Assembly (NCBI RefSeq): GCF_001194135.2
Contig: NC_068994.1
Location: forward strand, 3,388,540 to 3,452,539
Length of the DNA: 64,000 nt
Direction of reading: 5' to 3'
Source of the DNA: Octopus bimaculoides
Lineage: Eukaryota
The translations under genes were made by a program, and so were the position numbers. The notes below the pieces were generated by a model that was not told the DNA's origin, did no database searches, and saw only the letters and a program-made list of their open reading frames with translations. Position 1 is the first letter of the stretch. The number at the start of each line of letters is the position of its first letter. Below are positions 59,537 through 64,000 of this stretch, one piece after another.

Positions 59537-60521
59537 GTATATATAGAGTGAGGTAGGTGGAAGGAAGGTACCGAGTGTGTAGATAAGTGGAAGTGTGTTG
59601 AGAGTTTGATGGCGAAGCTGGAGGTCGGGGGGAGGAGAGGGAAGAGGAAGTCACACGTTGAGTGGATGTAAACACTACAAGGGAGATAATCGCAGACGTT
59701 GGACTTGTAATGGAAGGGAGGGAGGAGGCGGTGGAGGGGAGGGCAGTGTTGTTTGCAAAACGTAGAATGGAGACATAGAACCAGGTTGAACGAACGGAAA
59801 AAGGATTGACACAAAAAGAACAACGACTAAAAGGGATTGAGTTATTAAATAAAATAATATAAAAAAGGAAGGACTGATTGAAAAATGCAGTCCCTAAAAT
59901 GCCACGATTAGAATGCTTTTTTTTTTTTTTTTGTCAAGAGACTGTTCGATTACGTGTGACCTACTAGAAGTCAATTCATACCTACTATAGTTGGAAAAAA
60001 AGGTGGAATTGTCTCTTGCAACAAATAAAAATTTTGTGACACATTTTGTAAGGGAATTATCAATGTAATTTTGATCCGATTTTATTGACTATTAAATGTT
60101 CTACTTTTTTTTTATAGTCGAATACGACTTATATGTTTATGTAAAATAAAAATTCGCTGACGATATATTTTTTTGCAATTGGCTCATTTTAATCCAGCTT
60201 TGAAACATCTAATCAATTTATAACCTGGATTAGTTAAAAGACATTATAGATTGCTAGACTTCAGATGAAATTAAATGGGTTTCTTTACACTAGGTAATAA
60301 TATTGTTGTGGAAATACACGAAAGTCACGACTTGCTATCATACATATACATGTACACACACACACACACACACATATGTATATACATACATACACATCTG
60401 TACATTATAACACAAAAACAAGACACATAAAACAGAAGTGACCCTGAGAGAAAAAAACTAGAAAACTGAAATGTCCTGAATTAATAATTACTAGATTATA
60501 AGATAAACGGAGCTCATAGCA

Positions 60522-60594
60522 GCCCGGCTAGCTCAGTCGGTAGAGCACGAGACTCTTAATCTCGGGGTCGTGGGTTCGAGCCCCACGTTGGGCG
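60522..60594 (+). tRNA. trnK-CUU: tRNA-Lys (anticodon CTT), intact
   Basis: 73 nt GCCCGGCTAGCTCAGTCGGTAGAGC...GGTTCGAGCCCCACGTTGGGCG; anticodon arm CGAGA-CT-CTT-AA-TCTCG fully paired; A and B boxes; poly-T Pol III terminator from about 60599. Confidence 0.96.
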
Positions 60595-60993
60595 CATATT
60601 TTTTTTTTTTAATTTAATGATGATTTTGTAATAGTAATAATTTAATGCGTTATCATACTGAAGAGAAATTTCAACTTTTTCATAATCGATCCAGAAATGT
60701 ATTATTCATTTTTTCTTCAGACTTAGTGTCAGAAAGGTAAAAACTAGTGATAGCAAATGACAGTAACAGTCCCAATAAGCATCTAACCTTCTGTCAGTTA
60801 AGCCAGACTATTGCTCTGGGTGTGGTTTCATTAATCATAAGGAACTGTACATTATTCACGAGTTACTGCTGTCATTTCGTCATCGACATGCATGGCTTCA
60901 ATGATCCATCGTCGTCACAATAATTGTCAAAGTCACAAAAGCAAAAGGCCAATAACAGCTAAAATAGAGACACAAGATTGCAAGTTGGCAGGA

Positions 60994-61065
60994 GCCCGGC
61001 TAGCTCAGTCGGTAGAGCACGAGACTCTTAATCTGGGGTCGTGGGTTCGAGCCCCACGTTGGACG
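60994..61065 (+). pseudogene. trnK-CUU: tRNA-Lys(CTT) variant / probable pseudogene
   Basis: 72 nt; identical to the first copy except a 1-nt deletion in the 3' anticodon stem (TCTCG to TCTG) and G71A giving a C2-A71 acceptor-stem mismatch; A/B boxes and T5 terminator (61073-61077) retained. Confidence 0.75.
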
Positions 61066-64000
61066 CAATATATTTTTGATAGCCTTTATGAAAGTTTAGC
61101 TAGAATTTGCAGGTTTACGAAACCGTTAAGAAATATTTGGAACGATTTCTATGACGATTCTGTAGTTCCGTGGGAGAAAAGTTCGGGTACTTCTTTTTTT
61201 TAATGTAAGTATAAGTATAAGTATTAAAGACTTTATATTTTTGTGGAACACTTTTGAGAAATTTCAGCGATGTGAGACGAACTGAGATTTGAAATAATAT
61301 CTCGAGCAGTTTTACCTCTTGCTATGTTATCATTATCAACATCATTACTATTTTAACCCCTCCTCATTCACTGTCTCCGCCTCTGTGCCAGAATGGGTTC
61401 AGTGAACTTACTTCAGATATATTAACAAAAGTCTACATTCTTTCCTAGCTCGTCTCTAGCTCCATTATTCTCAGTTGTGCCTTCATTATTTCCGCCATCA
61501 CCAACACCACGTAGTCTGCAGTAAGCCCCCTGACGCATTCCCTGGGACTACACACCAGCGAGTGAGTGGGAGGGAAAGAGAGGAGAGGAGAGGAAAGAGA
61601 GACAGACAGACAAGAAAATGAGGAAGAGAGAGTTTTAACATGCCTGTCCGAGTTGCTAGAAATAGCAGCGAAATTTCCTTCAAATCACACCTGTTTTAAT
61701 TATGAAAAGATGCATTACATAACGTAATCGTACTAAAAGGATTTGACTGTCATGGCAGGAATGCCTTTGATAGTAAATCTGCATCATATTAGGATTAACC
61801 TGAGATTAAACAAAAATACAATACTTTGTGGTCTTCTATTCCCTTTTGCCGTCTGGAAACAATACAAAGAATTGTTATTACCTCCCTTTATATTATGAAC
61901 CAAACCCGGGTTGGAAACTGGCCGAGGTTTGAGCAGAGGATGAAATGCATCTCGTAATCTGAGTTCAAGTCCCAACAAACAATCATGTTAATGATAATTA
62001 CATTTTCACTATACATATAACTACATTTTGACGTATATTTAATAAAAAATATCTTTAATTTGATCTAAATTTAATGAATTCTTCCAATATAAAAGGGGTC
62101 GTCTCCCTACATAATGCTCTTCTTCGGGGTGCTATGAGATCACAAAGGGAGTAGCAAACTTGAAGCTGGCAGTATGGAGAAGGGTAAGCATTGCGTGGTT
62201 AGAGGGGCCGGGAATTTTCTGAAAAATTTAAAATATTTAAAGCCAGGTATACTGGTTAGACAGTACTGTTTATGTTTTAAGCATGTTATCAAACATAACT
62301 TGTGTTTTAAACATTAAAAAAAAATCTTTGTCGTGATTCAAGAAAATATGGTGGCGATGGTGGTGTTGGGGGGACATTATTTTTTCTCTCAGAAGCGTGA
62401 TTGATGTATCAGTGTATCAGTTCTATTCTTCTTTGGTTATAGCCACAAACAGTTAACATCGGCGCGGCTCTCGTCGGGACAAATATCTAAAGATTGGCCC
62501 ATACTGGATATGATTCTTTATGAATATCGTCGTCGTCGTCGTCACCGTCGTCGTCGTCGTCGTCACCGTCGTCACCGTCGTCGTCACCGTCGTCGTCATC
62601 GTTTAGCAGCTTGTCTGCCATGCTGGCCTGGTTTGGAAGATTTGATCGGACCTAACAAGCTGCAAGACTGAGTAAAGCTCCAGTGTCCGCTTTGACTTAG
62701 ATATCTACAGCTGGGTGTGTTTCCTAATATCAACCAGTTGACAGTGTAGGTGCTTTCCCCCCCCCCCTCACTTTGCACCACAAGCATTTGTGAGGTTGCT
62801 ACCAAGAAATTTGCAAGACAAGAAAAATAAAGCTCCTTTGACTGAGCAGGAGAGAGGGAGGTGGCTTTAAGGTAGAGACCAGATGGAGAACAATTGACCA
62901 TAGATCAGCAGGATGAAAGTAAAGCCTGGCTCAAAATAACCAGAACTTTGTCTTGAGTTTATCATTCTTGCAATGACCAGTACAAAATATAAACAATCAG
63001 TTGTTTGATAATTTGAATACTTTGGAGATGGTCATCGAGGTGAGATCAAAGATTGAAATTAACCAAAAGAGGAATGAGTCCATTGTATCAACTGACCAGA
63101 AGACACTTTGTAGAGTATCGACAATTATTGACACTCTACAAAGCATAGGAGAGACCCACAATGAAACGCTTCTCTCATATCAGGGGTGGTGGGTGGTGGT
63201 GCTGCTAGACCATAACCAGAGGAAGACAGTTCATCTGATGGGTATAAAGTTATATTCAGAGACACACACCCAGCTTTTGGCCCACAGATGTGCTGTCTCC
63301 TCCTCTCTCTCTGCCTTTTCTATCATTATTATAATGGACTTTGCTGCTCACAGCTGGCTAGTTTTGAACCACTCCCACTCAGACACTCTCTATTCATCTA
63401 TCTCTCTCCCTCTCACACCCACAAATCCAGTACTAGCCATTACATCCAGTCCTTTCTCCCCACTACATCACGCCCATGGAACCCTCACCATGCACATCTT
63501 TCCTGCAGATGTCAATTTCCAAGTTTAAGCAGAAATATTGATGCCCTAAATGTCATTGGTCTTGGAGAACCTGCAAAGACTATGGACACAGTCTCCCCAG
63601 TCAAACCCACTTTGGTAGTATTAGTAGTAGTAGTAGTAGTAGTAATTTGATAGAGCTTGGTGATCTGACCATTGATCTTCTAGGATCCACCCCCCTCCCG
63701 CTCAGCATCAATGTAAGAAACACTGTTGGCACAGTTAAATTCTTCCACTACCTCTTCACAATTTGCCATACTGCAGTCTCATGACTTCACCGTTTCCCTA
63801 GCAGAGTGGCTGAATGAGTGCTATGCCTTGCCAAAGTGACAACCGTACCCTACATAGCAAGGCCCCATTGTCTCTCTGTGAGGCATTTTGAAAATGCTTG
63901 CATGGCAATATTCATCTATAAACATCAACAAATACTTGCAATTTCCAACAGGTGAATACTAATGGCTGTATTTCCTTATTCATTCATTCCATTTTACATC

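Noticed and set aside
63001-63528. 175-aa ORF near the window end
   Set aside because: Non-ATG start, no recognisable domain or splice context; the region looks like decayed repeat sequence.

Overview
AT-rich, microsatellite-saturated animal DNA with five assembly gaps. The SINE/LINE repertoire and the clustered C2H2 genes are most consistent with an octopus/cephalopod genome (inference). The window holds four C2H2 zinc-finger genes, each apparently with a single coding exon (ZNF-A 4279-6702 minus, ZNF-B 23922-25857 minus, ZNF-C 40158-41726 plus, ZNF-D 51634-52701 minus). It also has a 345-codon orphan ORF with two C-terminal hydrophobic segments (46963-48000), one intact and one damaged tRNA-Lys(CTT), decayed LINE fragments of three kinds (R4-like, RTE, CR1/Jockey-group), many SINE copies, a MITE nested in a SINE, several minisatellites and three long inverted repeats. 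The most striking signal is that ZNF-A, -B and -C form a paralog family. They share an MY-x-x-Q start, monotonous Gln(-1)/Asn-or-His(+3) fingers built by block duplication, and an unnamed C-terminal motif N-[SN]-Y-x-W-[SA]-R-[GS]-F...PC, which also reveals the true reading frame of ZNF-B after an N gap. No database searches were run; family assignments come from recalled motifs and repeat boundaries are approximate.
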